A stretch of 63,727 bases of DNA, filler included, from Octopus bimaculoides (taxonomy: Eukaryota), in the NCBI RefSeq assembly GCF_001194135.2. It is 7 parts of 5 records of this genome, joined end to end, with 100 filler letters (N's around TTAATTAATTAA, not from the genome) between each part and the next. Parts side by side here need not be neighbours in the genome. Positions count along the whole stretch, not along the records: positions 35,144 to 43,724 come from NW_026305559.1; positions 43,825 to 51,037 come from NW_026306861.1; 5 more parts are not named here. One strand, written 5' to 3'. Under the pieces are notes generated by a model that was not told where the DNA came from, ran no database searches, and saw only the letters and a list, made by a program, of their open reading frames with translations. The position numbers and the translations under genes were made by a program. Numbering within the stretch: the first letter of the stretch is position 1; each line of letters begins with the position of its first letter. Positions 37,921-50,578 of this stretch are shown here, piece by piece.

Positions 37921-40900
37921 AATATATATATATATATATATATATCTTACATATAAATGATTCACAACAAATATAGTGTCAGAATTATATTTAAACGGAC
38001 TTTTAAGGAAATAAACATTTGTTCTGTGTATCATTTGATTATATAATTTATAGTTATATACGCAAAAGATTTGTGATTCTGATTATATATTCATTACTTT
38101 TAATAGAAGCAGTTTTGTCTCTTCGGAAACAAAGCAATTGAAAATTACTTTGGTAATGAAGCTAAATCCAATATAGCTGCGGACAGGCGTAGGCGTTGTG
38201 TAATTTATCAAATCTTCTTTGATGCTTCTGTTTGAAACAATTATTTTACGGTCAAGGACAGCGAGCGTTCACTTGTAACATCTGGTGTGTCTACATGGCT
38301 GTTTGATACATGCGTAGGCAAAATTGGCTCGGTAAAAAAAATAGACTGAGTACCTAACTTTAAAAGATGTACTATGGTGGATTTGATCGGCCAAACCCGT
38401 CACAGTCGAAGTGCTATATTTGTGTTTCCTCTGAAGAACGTTTTTGACGTGAGAGCACTGGTATGTTTATCTCTTTTGAGGCTTCTATATTCTGCTATTA
38501 TCTGACGTGTAAGATCTGTCATGTTTCCTTATCTCCCTTTATATTCAGAACTAAATTCCTGCCAGAGAGAACTTTAACTGTTAATGTTCCAGACTCCATT
38601 ATTGGAGTTGTTTCAAATCTATTGCTTTCTCGTCCTCCCAAAATGTACGGTCTTGTGCAAATATCAAAAATATAATCTATATAAAATGTATACAAAAATA
38701 TATATAAAAATATATGTATATAGAAATATATAATATAAATATGATTTAAATATAATTCTAAGTAAATATTTATGAACATATATCATTTAAATAGTATGTT
38801 CGAAATATTTATAAGCACTTAATGCGATATCATAAATATCTGTTAAATAGGAATAAAAACTCGCATGTCTATGTAAGCGCGCGCGTATATGTATATATAT
38901 ANNNNNNNNNNNNNNNNNNNNNNNNNNNNNNNNNNNNNNNNNNNNNNNNNNNNNNNNNNNNNNNNNNNNNNNNNNNNNNNNNNNNNNNNNNNNNNNNNNN
39001 NNNNNNNNNNNNNNNNNNNNNNNNNNNNNNNNNNNNNNNNNNNNNNNNNNNNNNNNNNNNNNNNNNNNNNNNNNNNNNNNNNNNNNNNNNNNNNNNNNNN
39101 NNNNNNNNNNNNNNNNNNNNNNNNNNNNNNNNNNNNNNNNNNNNNNNNNNNNNNNNNNNNNNNNNNNNNNNNNNNNNNNNNNNNNNNNNNNNNNNNNNNN
39201 NNNNNNNNNNNNNNNNNNNNNNNNNNNNNNNNNNNNNNNNNNNNNNNNNNNNNNNNNNNNNNNNNNNNNNNNNNNNNNNNNNNNNNNNNNNNNNNNNNNN
39301 NNNNNNNNNNNNNNNNNNNNNNNNNNNNNNNNNNNNNNNNNNNNNNNNNNNNNNNNNNNNNNNNNNNNNNNNNNNNNNNNNNNNNNNNNNNNNNNNNNNN
39401 NNNNNNNNNNNNNNNNNNNNNNNNNNNNNNNNNNNNNNNNNNNNNNNNNNNNNNNNNNNNNNNNNNNNNNNNNNNNNNNNNNNNNNNNNNNNNNNNNNNT
39501 ATATATATATATATATATATATCAATGAAACGGTTTGAAAAGTTTGAATGTAAAAGTCAACTTGGAATGTTCGCATTTCGAGATATTCACAGAGAGGTGG
39601 AGGTAGGAAGATAACAAATGTATTTTGTTTTGTATTTGTTTCTTTTAGAGTTTTTTTTTTTTTTCGTTACTAAAATATTAATCGTATCTTTAATTACTTT
39701 ATGACAGTAGTATTCTTTCACATACAGGCATATAAATACATATATATATATACATTTCTATCCACACATTCACACACCTGCATGTACATACCAACACAGT
39801 CATAATTCACTCGTATGCACACACACCAATTCATGCCATACGTGACATTCAATGAACATCGTAACCCGCAATTGCATCGCCATCATCATCACTTTTATCA
39901 ACACCACTACAACCACCATCATCACCATCAATATTTATCATTACTAGCCCCACCGCCGTCATACATATATATATAGTAACTCGTACTTCAATTATTTCAG
40001 TTCATTGCGTAAAATATAAACATAGCAACATCTATTCTTCCGCTTCTTTCCCCTAAAAGTCATTGGAACTCAATAACCCATTGAGGGAAACATCTCAGTT
40101 CGACCACTATGGTTGATTAAATAATCGGTACGTCGAATAAATAACTATTTACATTTCTGTTTCGCTCTTAGTCCAGATGGCGGCCACTGGAAAACTGTGT
40201 TTCTCGTCTTTTGTTGTTCTTTTAGAAAAGTTCCTTCAAATTCATTCTCATCAATTCGGTCAGCAGAAAATATATTTTAATGCCGCCAGATTGGTGACAA
40301 TATTGATTTCTGTTTATTCCTAAACCAAAAAATTCCTAGGAAGTTAAGATCGTGACTACAGTTATGCGTTGTATTTGTTCTCGCTGTCCAAATTTTGCGG
40401 CAGATCTAACCTAATTTCTGAAGGTAGTCGATTTCCTTGCGTTCTTCAAAGAATACGATCAGATCCTTAGAAGTAAAGAAATCAACTATGAAATATCACT
40501 GAAATTGCTGTTTTCTTTCTTGATAGTTCTTTTTTTCTTCTATACATCGATCTGTTTTCATATTGATGTTATAAAGTGGTTCCTTTCGTTGTTGTTTTTT
40601 TTTGTTTTTCTTTTTTGCTTTTCTTCTTCAAACAACATATTGGTTGTCAGTTCCAGTCTCAATGAATTTCAAATCTATATTTTTGCCTAAGATTACATTA
40701 TGAGTTTGAAGAACACAGTGTCGTGCTGCTTGGATTGCAATTTTGTCACCATTAATTATGCTTCAATCTCTGTCTTCATGTCAACAAATCCAGTGTTTAT
40801 TAGAGTCTCTGAGCATTATCTCCCTCTCTCCAGCACATCTAAATGAGTATTTCATCATAAACAGCCACCAAAATATGGTTTTTACTTTTTTGAAACTCGT

Positions 40901-42333
40901 TTGAAAACAGAAAAGTTTCTTCCCTCAGAATTGCTTCCCAACCCAACCTCTGAATAAAGTGACGATTTTACTTAAGTATTCGATTTCTTTGTTTCAAATC
41001 AGAAATTTCTTTACATATTATTCTCTGTATTATTTTTACCCTCTACATACCGAAATATATTTGACTTTGTAGTCTGTGAGGGGATAAAAGTATTAAGTTC
41101 TTTCATTCTTTTGCAATACAATTTGTATTTCAATAACTGTCAAAGTATTTTCCCAGATTCGAGTTAGATACATCGTATGACAGGTTGGTGGACGGAAGTA
41201 ATAGCGTATTGATATATTTATACTTTAGCATGCTCATAATTTAACATCTATATCAGGCATGGGTCTATTTGCGATTGCTGCACCATATTACATAACTTTG
41301 ACTGAGCAACAGTTTATGGATGATCTATTCCAAATGGTTAGATAGAAAAATTCTGAAAAGCTACTTACTCATATCTACAAAACTTCCAAAACGAGTCTTG
41401 TGAGGACGAAAATCCACATTCTAACCCATATCTTAACGTAGAAAAAAAAGATACTGCGAAGTAGATGGGGTTTTACAGTGGGTGGGACATAACGAAGTTC
41501 AGAAAAAGAACTACTGTTGGTTAGAAGAATGGTGGAGACGGGGGATACTGACTCTTGACGTCAGTAACAGACATGTCTAACAGACCTTTAAGATTCTTAA
41601 AGACTAAGAAATCCAATATAAATTCTGTACATAATAAAAATGAGAAAATAACAGAACGAAAAGTGAAACTATTGAATGATAAAAAGACATGTACACACCA
41701 TGTGAGGTGCAAATAGAATACAGGACGATGTCTATACAAATCCGATGAGTAGAATGAATAGCAAAATACACAAATGGGGGGTAACTTGTGAGGCAATTGC
41801 TAAAGTATCAATGTGTATTTATTGCTTTCTCACTTTTGGTTTTACGATTTTCTTTCGCGTTTTTAGCATTTAGATTTCGGCTATTATTTCCTTCATCATT
41901 TTCTTTTGATTTTAAGAATTTTGTTTAACGTTTTTTTTTTTTTTTTTTTTNNNNNNNNNNTTTTTTTTTTTGTTTAAGTTTTTAAGAAGCAACCATGAAA
42001 ATGAAATAATTCCAACATTGAGTAAAAGCGTTTACCAAGCATCAGAGTAAACTGTTATAAAACCATTAGCAGCATCTCAGTGTAGCTGAAACGTGTCGTG
42101 TTTTCTACAAGGGGTTTATTTTGTCTCTAGTAGATGCAAAAGTAAGAGAGAAATAAAAGAAAGCGTAAGACAGAACGAAAGAAAGAAAAATAAAAAAGGA
42201 GGAAGAGAGAAAGAGAGAAAGAAAGAGTAAAATGAAATAATGGGAGAAAGGAAGAAAAAGAAAAGAGAAAACAAAAGAAAGTTCGAAAATGAAAATAAAA
42301 ACAAAAGGATGTATGTGTGTGTGTATGTGTATA

Positions 42334-42372
<39 letters not shown>

Positions 42373-42872
42373 AAATCTATAAGAAATGTAAATAATACTA
42401 ATAATAATAAAAATAATAGTAATAATAATAAAAATAACAACAATCATTTCATTCATATTGAGATTCACATGTATTGGCGTGGTGACGTAGGGATTGGTTA
42501 CAAACAGGGCTGCGGTGTAAAGGCTCTTATCATACCCCAGATTCATAGAACTCGTACAGAACTTGTGTACCGGCCTTTTTTTNNNNNNNNNNNNNNNNNN
42601 NNNNNNNNNNNNNNNNNNNNNNNNNNNNNNNNNNNNNNNNNNNNNNNNNNNNNNNNNNNNNNNNNNNNNNNNNNNNNNNNNNNNNNNNNNNNNNNNNNNN
42701 NNNNNNNNNNNNNNNNNNNNNNNNNNNNNNNNNNNNNNNNNNNNNNNNNNNNNNNNNNNNNNNNNNNNNNNNNNNNNNNNNNNNNNNNNNNNNNNNNNNN
42801 NATATATATATATATAATGTCATATGTAAACAAACATAGGTTCGTTTTGAAGCGTTGAAATGAAATGTATTG

Positions 42873-43056
42873 TAGAACAAATAGAAAGATATATTTTTTC
42901 AACACGTAAATACTGAACAGTATATATAAAGGATAAAATCCTTTTAAGAGCAGAAAAATTTGCCGGCAAATTTTTCTGCTCTTAAAAGGATTTTATCCTT
43001 TATATATACTGTTCAGTATTTACGTGTTGAAAAAATATATCTTTCTATTTGTTCTA
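42873..43056. repeat. Perfect spacerless palindrome (2 x 92 bp)
   Basis: Centre TTTGCC|GGCAAA between 42964 and 42965. Arms match base for base by hand. Confidence 0.92.
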
Positions 43057-43544
43057 TACATATGTATGTATGTATGTTATAAGTAACAGGGACACTATTA
43101 ATACCGAAAGGTATTACTTATCTCCACTTAAACGAGGGTGTTCTGTTGGAACAAACTATACTGCGGTAGATACCATGAGAGAGACTCTTGCATTGGCTTT
43201 TGGAACAAAATGCACTCATCTTTACCCTTTCCTTACTAGCGATATAAACCAGAGTGTATTTTGGACCAAAAGCCGATACGAGAGTTTCTTTCATGGTAAC
43301 TGTCGCAGTAGAGTTTGTTCTAACAGAACATCCACGTGCTTTACAATAAACTGCTAGGAGAGTACAGAGTGTAATATTAATTAATGAAACTAGTGCTTGT
43401 GCAACATCCGATAACTTATTCGAAGACATTAAGGAACAAACTGCTGTTAAACCTGGATATTTAGTTTTAATTTGCAGAATTTAATGTTTCCTTGTCGTCA
43501 AAACTATCACAGATGACTCAGCCATTCACACGCACATACAGTCT

Positions 43545-43724
43545 TTTATTTTTTTGTTCCAATCAGTTTACTGCAACCGTGCTAGCCTACCGCCTTGAAG
43601 AATTTTTATTCGAATGAATGGGCTCCAGTGCTTATTTTGTCGCCGAACTACTATGTTACGAGGACGTAAGCACACTAACAACGGTTGTCAAGCGGTAGTG
43701 GACACACACATACGCATATATATA
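43545..43724 (-). mobile_element. SINE family 1, diverged 3' half
   Basis: Homology to family 1. Confidence 0.65.
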
Positions 43725-43824
43725 NNNNNNNNNNNNNNNNNNNNNNNNNNNNNNNNNNNNNNNNNNNNTTAATTAATTAANNNNNNNNNNNNNNNNNNNN
43801 NNNNNNNNNNNNNNNNNNNNNNNN
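43725..43824. other. Artificial scaffold-join spacer 4
   Basis: 44N-TTAATTAATTAA-44N. Confidence 0.95.
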
Positions 43825-44140
43825 ACGGGCTGATTACTACCTAGCTCAGATACCAGGAAACACCAAAATGGCTGAAGTTCAAAAGATAGTGCTCATGGGA
43901 ACTGCCCATATCCTACGTAAAATACTGTCTATGTGATCTCAAATTTTAAAGCAAACATAATTTTCTTATGGTTTCTTAAATATTCACTAGAACAAAACTG
44001 TACAAATCCAAATATATGGTACCCTAGGCATAACACCTACATGAACTTCTAACTTGTTGTCTCTTGAGGTCTCTGGGTGAGACTTGGATCCAACTTGTAC
44101 AAATGCAAAACAAAAGTCAAACATAAAATAATAATAATAA
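43825..44140 (+). mobile_element. 3' end of an R4/Dong-like (restriction-like endonuclease) non-LTR retrotransposon
   Basis: ADYYLAQIPGNTKMAEVQKIVLMGTAHILRKILSM* (stop at 43934-43936) resembles the QK-x-x-L-x-GTA-x-ILR C-terminus of RLE elements. Followed by a 3' UTR and (AAT)n tail. Confidence 0.75.
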
Positions 44141-44355
44141 TCCTTTCTACTATAGGCACGAGGCCTGAAATTTTGTGGGAGGGGAGCAGTTGATTACATC
44201 GACCCCAGTGCGTAACTGTCACTTAATTTATCGACCCCGAAAGGATGTAACGCACAGTTGACCTCGGCTGAATTTATACTCAGACCGTAAAAACGGACGA
44301 AATGCCGCTTAGCATTTTGCCCGGCGTGCTAACGATTCTGCCAGCTCGCCGCCTT
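44141..44355 (-). mobile_element. SINE family 2, full length
   Basis: Head aaggcggcgagctggcagaatcgttagcacgccggg and core catcctttcggggtcgataaa. Confidence 0.9.
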
Positions 44356-44846
44356 AATAATGATGATGATGATGATGCTGACGATGATGACGATGATGAC
44401 GATGATGATGAAGATGATGATGATTTCGAATTTTGGCACAAGGCCAGCAATTGTTTTCTTTTCCTTCTTCCTCTTCCTCTTTATCCTTTTCTTTTTCTTT
44501 TTCTTCTTCAAGCTGTCTCAACTTGGATATCCTGCTGGGTCTTGGATATACCCAGCAGGATATCCAGAGAGATTCAGAGAGAGTGTCTCTTTCTGCTTCA
44601 AGCTACACAAGCACCTTAAACGTTTAGCGAAAGCATGGTACATAGTACCAAGTCACATTCGCTTGCGTATGATGCCTATAATATTTAAGACAGCAGAGTG
44701 TGTTGTAATTAGAAGATTTGGCTGCTATTTTTGGCAGATTAAGCAACCAATTACAGGTTCCTATTACTGAGTTCGCCTTCACTGTTTTTTTGTTGTTGTT
44801 ATTGTTGTGATTGTAGTTTCTCACTCTTATGATTATTTTGTAAAGC

Positions 44847-45260
44847 AAGGCGACGAACTGGTAGAAGCGTTCGCACCCCGGGAGAAATACTGAGCGGCGT
44901 TTCGTCCGTTTTTACGTTCTAGGTTTCGAGGTCGAATTTATCATTCATCCTTTTGGGGTCGATAAAATAAGTATCAGAACCGATGTAATCGACTTCCCAT
45001 CTGCCCCCAAATTGCTGGCCTTGTAACAGAATTCGAATCCGTTATCATTTTGTACAGCGGAAGAGCTGGGGAGGCCGGTAGAGCACCGGACGCAGTGCTT
45101 TGCGAGTAGGCTTATTCTTTGCGGTCTCGGTTCAAATTCCGCGCGAGTCATCTTTACCATTCGTCCCTCCCTAAGTCAATAAAATAGAATACCAGTAAAA
45201 TACTGAAGTCCATCGTATCTTCTTACCCTCTCACCTGGCCTTCTGCCTAAATTAGAAGCC
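44847..45260 (+). mobile_element. Two tandem diverged SINE family 2 copies
   Basis: About 44847-45040 and 45062-45260, each with head and core homology. Confidence 0.75.
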
Positions 45261-45264
45261 GTTA

Positions 45265-45634
45265 TTATTACCGCCGCCTTATCGAAGGCGGAGGTATTGT
45301 TTTCTGTCGTGTTTGTTAGTTTGTCTGTGGACAAGATATCTCAAGAACAGCTGGATGGATTCGGATGAAACTTTCAGGGATGTTTGGCCTCGTGACTGGC
45401 ATGAACTGATTAGATTTTTCGATCGATCTGGTGCCGGGCAATGATTCTAGATTATTTTTTCCGTTTTTTTTACTTAATTTTTGAGAGCGGTCGGATTCAT
45501 TTTTAGTATTCTCGTTTGTGAGAGCAGTTGAGTTTATTTCCGATATTCTCATTTTAAAAATCATCTCCGGCTAATCGTTGAGAGGACGTTGGTGTTGCCC
45601 TGTCGCAGGTTTGCGCTCTCTGAGTGATCTTGTT
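45265..45634 (+). mobile_element. Non-autonomous Helentron/DINE-1-type element (HINE)
   Basis: 5' ttattaccgccgcc with hairpin CCGCCTT-atcg-AAGGCGG, gtttgttagtttgtctgt tract, 3' gcgctctctgagtg hairpin and cttgtt end, in a T-rich site. Confidence 0.75.
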
Positions 45635-46567
45635 ATTTTATTGTTATTAATCGCCATTGTTTATGTCTCTCTCATCATTGACATCGATGTTGCCATAATT
45701 TCTTTTTTATTTCATCGTCGTCGTCGTTGTTGTTGTTGCTGATATTGTTATTGTTGCTATTATTGTTAATGTTATTGATATTGTCGTTGTTCCCTTTTGT
45801 CACTACATTTACCGACACTGATCCAGTTGTTTATTGTTTTGCTTATTCTTATGTCGTCTGTTGTTCTATTATTGTTTTCTGTTATGGCCTAGATTTTCTG
45901 TTGTTATACATTTTTCTATAAATTGTGTTTCCGGTTTCATGTCACGTCATTATTGATTTACAAAAAATATAAAAAATAAAAAAAAAATTACCAGTATTCT
46001 AGTACATAGGGACAAATTTAACTACATAACATTCAAAATACATCATTCCTTGGTGAAACATTTATATTAGGAAAGAGCACGCGACCTCGCATACACGAAC
46101 ATCTACAAACACACTTTGATACATATTCAGACATACTCGTAGGCACCATTAAAAGAACATAGGAAGTATTCAAAAGAATTGTTAAAACATTGGCGTAACA
46201 GATATTTTCAGTTTCAGATATTTTTATTGATAGATGCTGCATGACAAGGATCGGTAATGGAAACGAAAAATAAGCTGAGAATAAAAATAAGAACTTAAGT
46301 CTTAAAACTTGAGTAATAAATTTGAGAAATGGCAAGCTTTCTTGGCATCTACTGTGACGCAGTTATTGTCCAGTGGGAATTCAGGTTCGAAGAAACTTGC
46401 AAATATATGGCTGCACACAAAAGAAAGCTTGAATACGTAAGCCACCAAGGTGCAGCGTCTCATAATCGTATTTAAAACTGCGGAGGTGTTATGGACTTGT
46501 GTGCACACGTGTATATACTGTCTTTATCCAGTGTCTTGTCGTCGCCTCTGCCCACCGTTAATCCTCG

Positions 46568-47439
46568 GGTGTCCGCTCAATTCGTCGACGGCAATTTGTC
46601 GTCGTTTAATTCTCCGCAGTCAATTCATCGTTGGTCAATTTGTCCCCCGGTCAATTTGTTGTCAGTCAATTCATCGAGATCATAGGCAAAATGGAAAAAC
46701 CAACATCTCAATTAAAAAACGTTTATTTTAAGGTTGGCTGTATTACATATTTATTTTTTCTTAAAATTTAAGATTGTGTGCAATTGCTTTTAGAAAAATA
46801 ATTTTTTGGCTTGGATCATATTTTTCCATGACATTTTTTATACGCAGGTTCATATCTCTGTATTTTATCTTTCTTCTCCTTGCATAAACTTCTGCAATTT
46901 AGTACTGGCAAACCTTTCTTCACATTTAATCACATCAATAAGTTTCCGAATATTGGGATGACTAATATCCACTGCGTCTTTCAGTGCGCTATGGTAGGCT
47001 TCTAAACTATTTCTAGTACGAACAACCCCCGCCATACATCGATCCCAAACATTCCATATAGGTAATGGAAATGACGGTTCAAGGCGTCGCCTCCTCCGTT
47101 CTCTTTCTCTAGGTAGTCCTATATAATTATTTAATTATTTTCAAAATAGGATAAAAATTGACAGTGAAATTGACAGTTGTTCATATCCATCTACATCATC
47201 AACCCGGTAGGAAGACAAGGGCAACAAAACACCGCATGTTTAGACTAAAATTGTCATCTTCGTTATATCTGCATTTTAGTTCTTCTTGCACAACATGTGT
47301 ATATATAATTTTCTTGATCGACTGCTTTGATTTTTTCCCTTTCTCTGAAGTTATGATCTTGCAGGGTAGGCGTATTGAATAAATTTAATTGGATTTGCTT
47401 GAAAATCTTTGTTCGAAAACTGTTCAGCGCAGATACTTA

Positions 47440-47529
<90 letters not shown>

Positions 47530-47711
47530 TTAAAGAAATGAAAAAATATCTAAAACTGTCCAACGACAATTTTAATTCTGAAGTGATTGTTCTAAACGTA
47601 CTCTCGAAAATCATATTTAAGAGTGTATTGGGACGAATTGGCCAGTGGTGAATTGACCTGGGGATGAATTGATCAACGACGAAACAACCAGAGACGAATT
47701 GCCCTAGCACC
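46568..47711 (-). mobile_element. Internally deleted Mutator-like (MULE) element with tandem-repeat (foldback-type) TIRs
   Basis: 8-bp TSD AATCCTCG at 46560-46567 and 47712-47719. Both ends read GGTG-N6-CAATTCGTC and carry arrays of CAATT(C/T)(G/A)TC motifs. Confidence 0.88.
46761..47110 (-). pseudogene. MULE transposase C-terminal remnant
   Basis: RRLEPSFPLPIWNVWDRCMAGVVRTRNSLEAYHSALKDAVDISHPNIRKLIDVIKCEE, then a frameshift, then KYRDMNLRIKNVMEKYDPSQKIIFLKAIAHNLKF*. Matches the MULE P-x-FP..WN..RT-N-N-x-x-E-x-x-H..HPNI...IAHN pattern. Confidence 0.85.
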
Positions 47712-47739
47712 AATCCTCGATAGAACGTCAATGTGGAAT

Positions 47740-48797
47740 TTCCATCGTCCACATTCCTCGACTGCTAGAGAGCTGTGAATTCTTCATGACATTCCAGACA
47801 CCAATTGCTGTGTTGGTCCTCACTTGATCCATGGCTGTAAGTTTGGCCAAAATCTTGAAATCTGTGTTTAAAAGACTTAGGCACAAAACATTATTGATGT
47901 GGTCTCTTTTGTTTGAGCACAACTCTTCCTCGACTCACAGAATTGGTGATTCTGTTGTTCTGCTTCCAATTGTGATCGATATCTATCTAAAGATCGCCAA
48001 ACAAGTCTAGCTTCTAAAGATAAAGCTTGTAGGGTAAACTATCCAAAGCGAGGGATTTGCACCCCGTGTAGCTTACCACTTCCCGTATTTCCGAGGTTGT
48101 TGTCGCCTTTTCGCAACACTGTTGTTGTAGGTACTGCTTTCATTCTTGCAACTGAGGCTAGAGCCACTATTGCTGCAGCTGCACACAGTCGTTGGTGTTG
48201 GTTTTGTAATTGTTGCTGTAGTGTGTTGATGCTGTGGTATTGGCCGTAGTGGAAACTTTTCAGCAGTCACTTTCTGTAATTGGGAGCAGAAAGCATTAAG
48301 GTGATCAGTGCTGTCACAACTGCAGCATCTAGGTCACCTACACCATCAACTAATACCTGCAGTCGCTGACCTCCTCAAATCTCTATTAGATCGGGGACAC
48401 TGCCCATGGCTCCACGTTTCATCTAAATTAGGATCTCCAACACAATTTTCTTTCCGATTTTCTTTTATTTCTCGCAGCCTCTATATTTTCAAAGATTATA
48501 TATCAGGGCAACGTTGTTCTTTCTGCTTCATTAGCTGCGGCACTATCGAAAGTGTTGTTTTTCTACTGCATCAGTTTATGCATTTCGTTGCTAATACTGA
48601 TTTTTTTTTGCCCAATGGGAGTGAATCAAATACATTTGCGGCACCAGCAAAGGAGCCTCCTTTTGCCCAGCTTCTACCGACGTTGTTGTTATCCTTATCG
48701 TCGCTACTGTCACTGCTTACAACTAGTATGGCGGCACTGGCTTCATTGCTGCAACCACACTGGGGGAATGATTTCCCCTCTCCACCCGTTATTCTTT

Positions 48798-48800
<3 letters not shown>
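47740..48800 (-). mobile_element. Heavily deleted Tx1/L1-like LINE: ORF1 zinc-knuckle remnant followed by an RT remnant
   Basis: CCSCDSTDHLNAFC (CX2CX4HX4C) at 48286-48327 and LLNTDFKILAK at about 47845-47880 on the same strand, in ORF1 then ORF2 order. Confidence 0.65.
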
Positions 48801-48873
<73 letters not shown>

Positions 48874-49270
48874 ATGGCAGCGGCTTCATTGTTAGCCTAA
48901 GCTACTCTATTTGACACGTGATCGTTGCTGTTGCTATCGTCGTTGTTGACGTTGCTCTGCAATGGGATGTCTTAGCTGTGAATGACGGTTTCGCTTCTAG
49001 TTTTCACTTCCCACTTTCCTTTTATACTGGTCAGCTGGTAAAGACGAAAGCGTGGAGGACATCTCAGAAATTCTGTTTTTGAAATAATTTGCTCTTTTTC
49101 AAAGTTTTGCCCAGTGGTACGAACAGCAAAAGGAAAGCGATCGATGCCTTAGTTTTAATCGGTTGAACAAGAAACAAAAGAAACAAATACAGCCCTCTGG
49201 AGCGGATAACAAGAAACAGACTTACGGAGCTGCTAAAACATGTTCAACTGCGGCATGAATAATAATAATG

Positions 49271-49332
<62 letters not shown>

Positions 49333-50237
49333 CTCAGTATCGATTGCAAATGTGTGGAATCTATACAGTTGCCCGCTAGTTAAAATTATTTGTGGAACAA
49401 TTCCTATTTCTAGAATTCTCACTGAAAGATTCATAAAAAAAAAATTTCCTGAAAGATAAGAAATAAATAAAATAAATAAAATCAGGAAAAAGAGAAACAG
49501 ATAAATTATTTCATTTGTTTCTCTCTCACCCTCATCCTCTTTCTTCCTTTGTCTTTCTTCCTGTCTATCTGTCTGCCTGTTGTTCACACTCTCTCTCTTT
49601 CTTTCCTTCTCTCTTTCTCGTTCCATTATGATACTCCTTATTTTAGGATACAAGACGGAAGCTAACGAGAAATGTTGCCACCTATATCTTCATGTTTCTT
49701 CTTTGGATAAACACAATTTAGTGTTCCATCTCGTGTTGTACAAATCTAAATTGCTCTTCATAACGTTATATCGGCTCCCTGTTGCATGAAATCGATAAAG
49801 GAAAAAATTGCTGAAGTTAAGGGTGAAAACAAAATAGTTACAGAAAGAACCAGTCGATTAATTTGGAATTGGTATTCAATGATATTTTCATAAAACATTT
49901 TATTGGAAAACATTGATAATATATCCAAGTCCTTAGGGTGGGGAAGATTTTGTGAGTGCGGACAGATAGAGCAGAGAAAATGCATTCACTGTATTTTGTT
50001 TCGTCTGAATATTACGATAGAATGCGCTGCAGTCGACTTTTGTTTCCTCCATTCTGCTCGGAGATGAATTAAGCAAGAGCCAGTGTTATTCTGGATCGAA
50101 AAAAAAAATCGATAAAAATCCTTCGATTTTTATTTATTTATTTTTTTTTACAAAATGATTCCTGCGTTTTCGTAAAGAGGATTTTTTCTCCTTACAGTCA
50201 GTTTTCAAAATAATTTTGGCAATATCTCACTTGTCCT

Positions 50238-50455
50238 AAAGGCGGCGAGTTGGCGGAGTCGCTAGCACACCGGGCAAAATGCTTCGCGGCATTTCGTTTA
50301 TCTTCATGTTCTGAGTTCAAATGCCGCCGAGGTCAACTTTGCCCTTAATCCTTTCGGGGTCGGTAAAATAAGTACCAGTCGCATACTGAGGTCGATGTAA
50401 TCGATTTACCCCCTCTCCAGAGGTTGCTGACCTTGTGCTAAAATTTGAAATCATT
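50238..50455 (+). mobile_element. SINE family 2
   Basis: Head and core homology. Confidence 0.88.
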
Positions 50456-50522
50456 ATTTCATTTGTCCTGGACAAACTATTTAACTGTATCTGAGGTTGA
50501 GGCGCCAGATCGAGGGTTGAGA

Positions 50523-50578
50523 AGTTTTAGGGAATATGGAGTTACCGCTTAGTTTTAGGGAATATGGAGTTACCGCTT
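50523..50578. repeat. Perfect 28-bp tandem duplication
   Basis: agttttagggaatatggagttaccgctt occurs twice. Confidence 0.95.

Noticed and set aside
42951-42975. GAAAAATTTGCC (EKFA), resembling the start of the next ACAD9 exon
   Set aside because: No AG acceptor in the right register, the frame closes after a few codons, it is the centre of the palindrome, and it lies on a different scaffold.
47215-47265. Second possible hammerhead remnant (gatga...taaac on the minus strand)
   Set aside because: The core and stems are too degenerate to support a fold.
48308-48874. 188-aa plus-strand ORF as a host gene
   Set aside because: No recognisable domain, it ends in a TG repeat, and it is better explained as the antisense of a LINE ORF1 relic.
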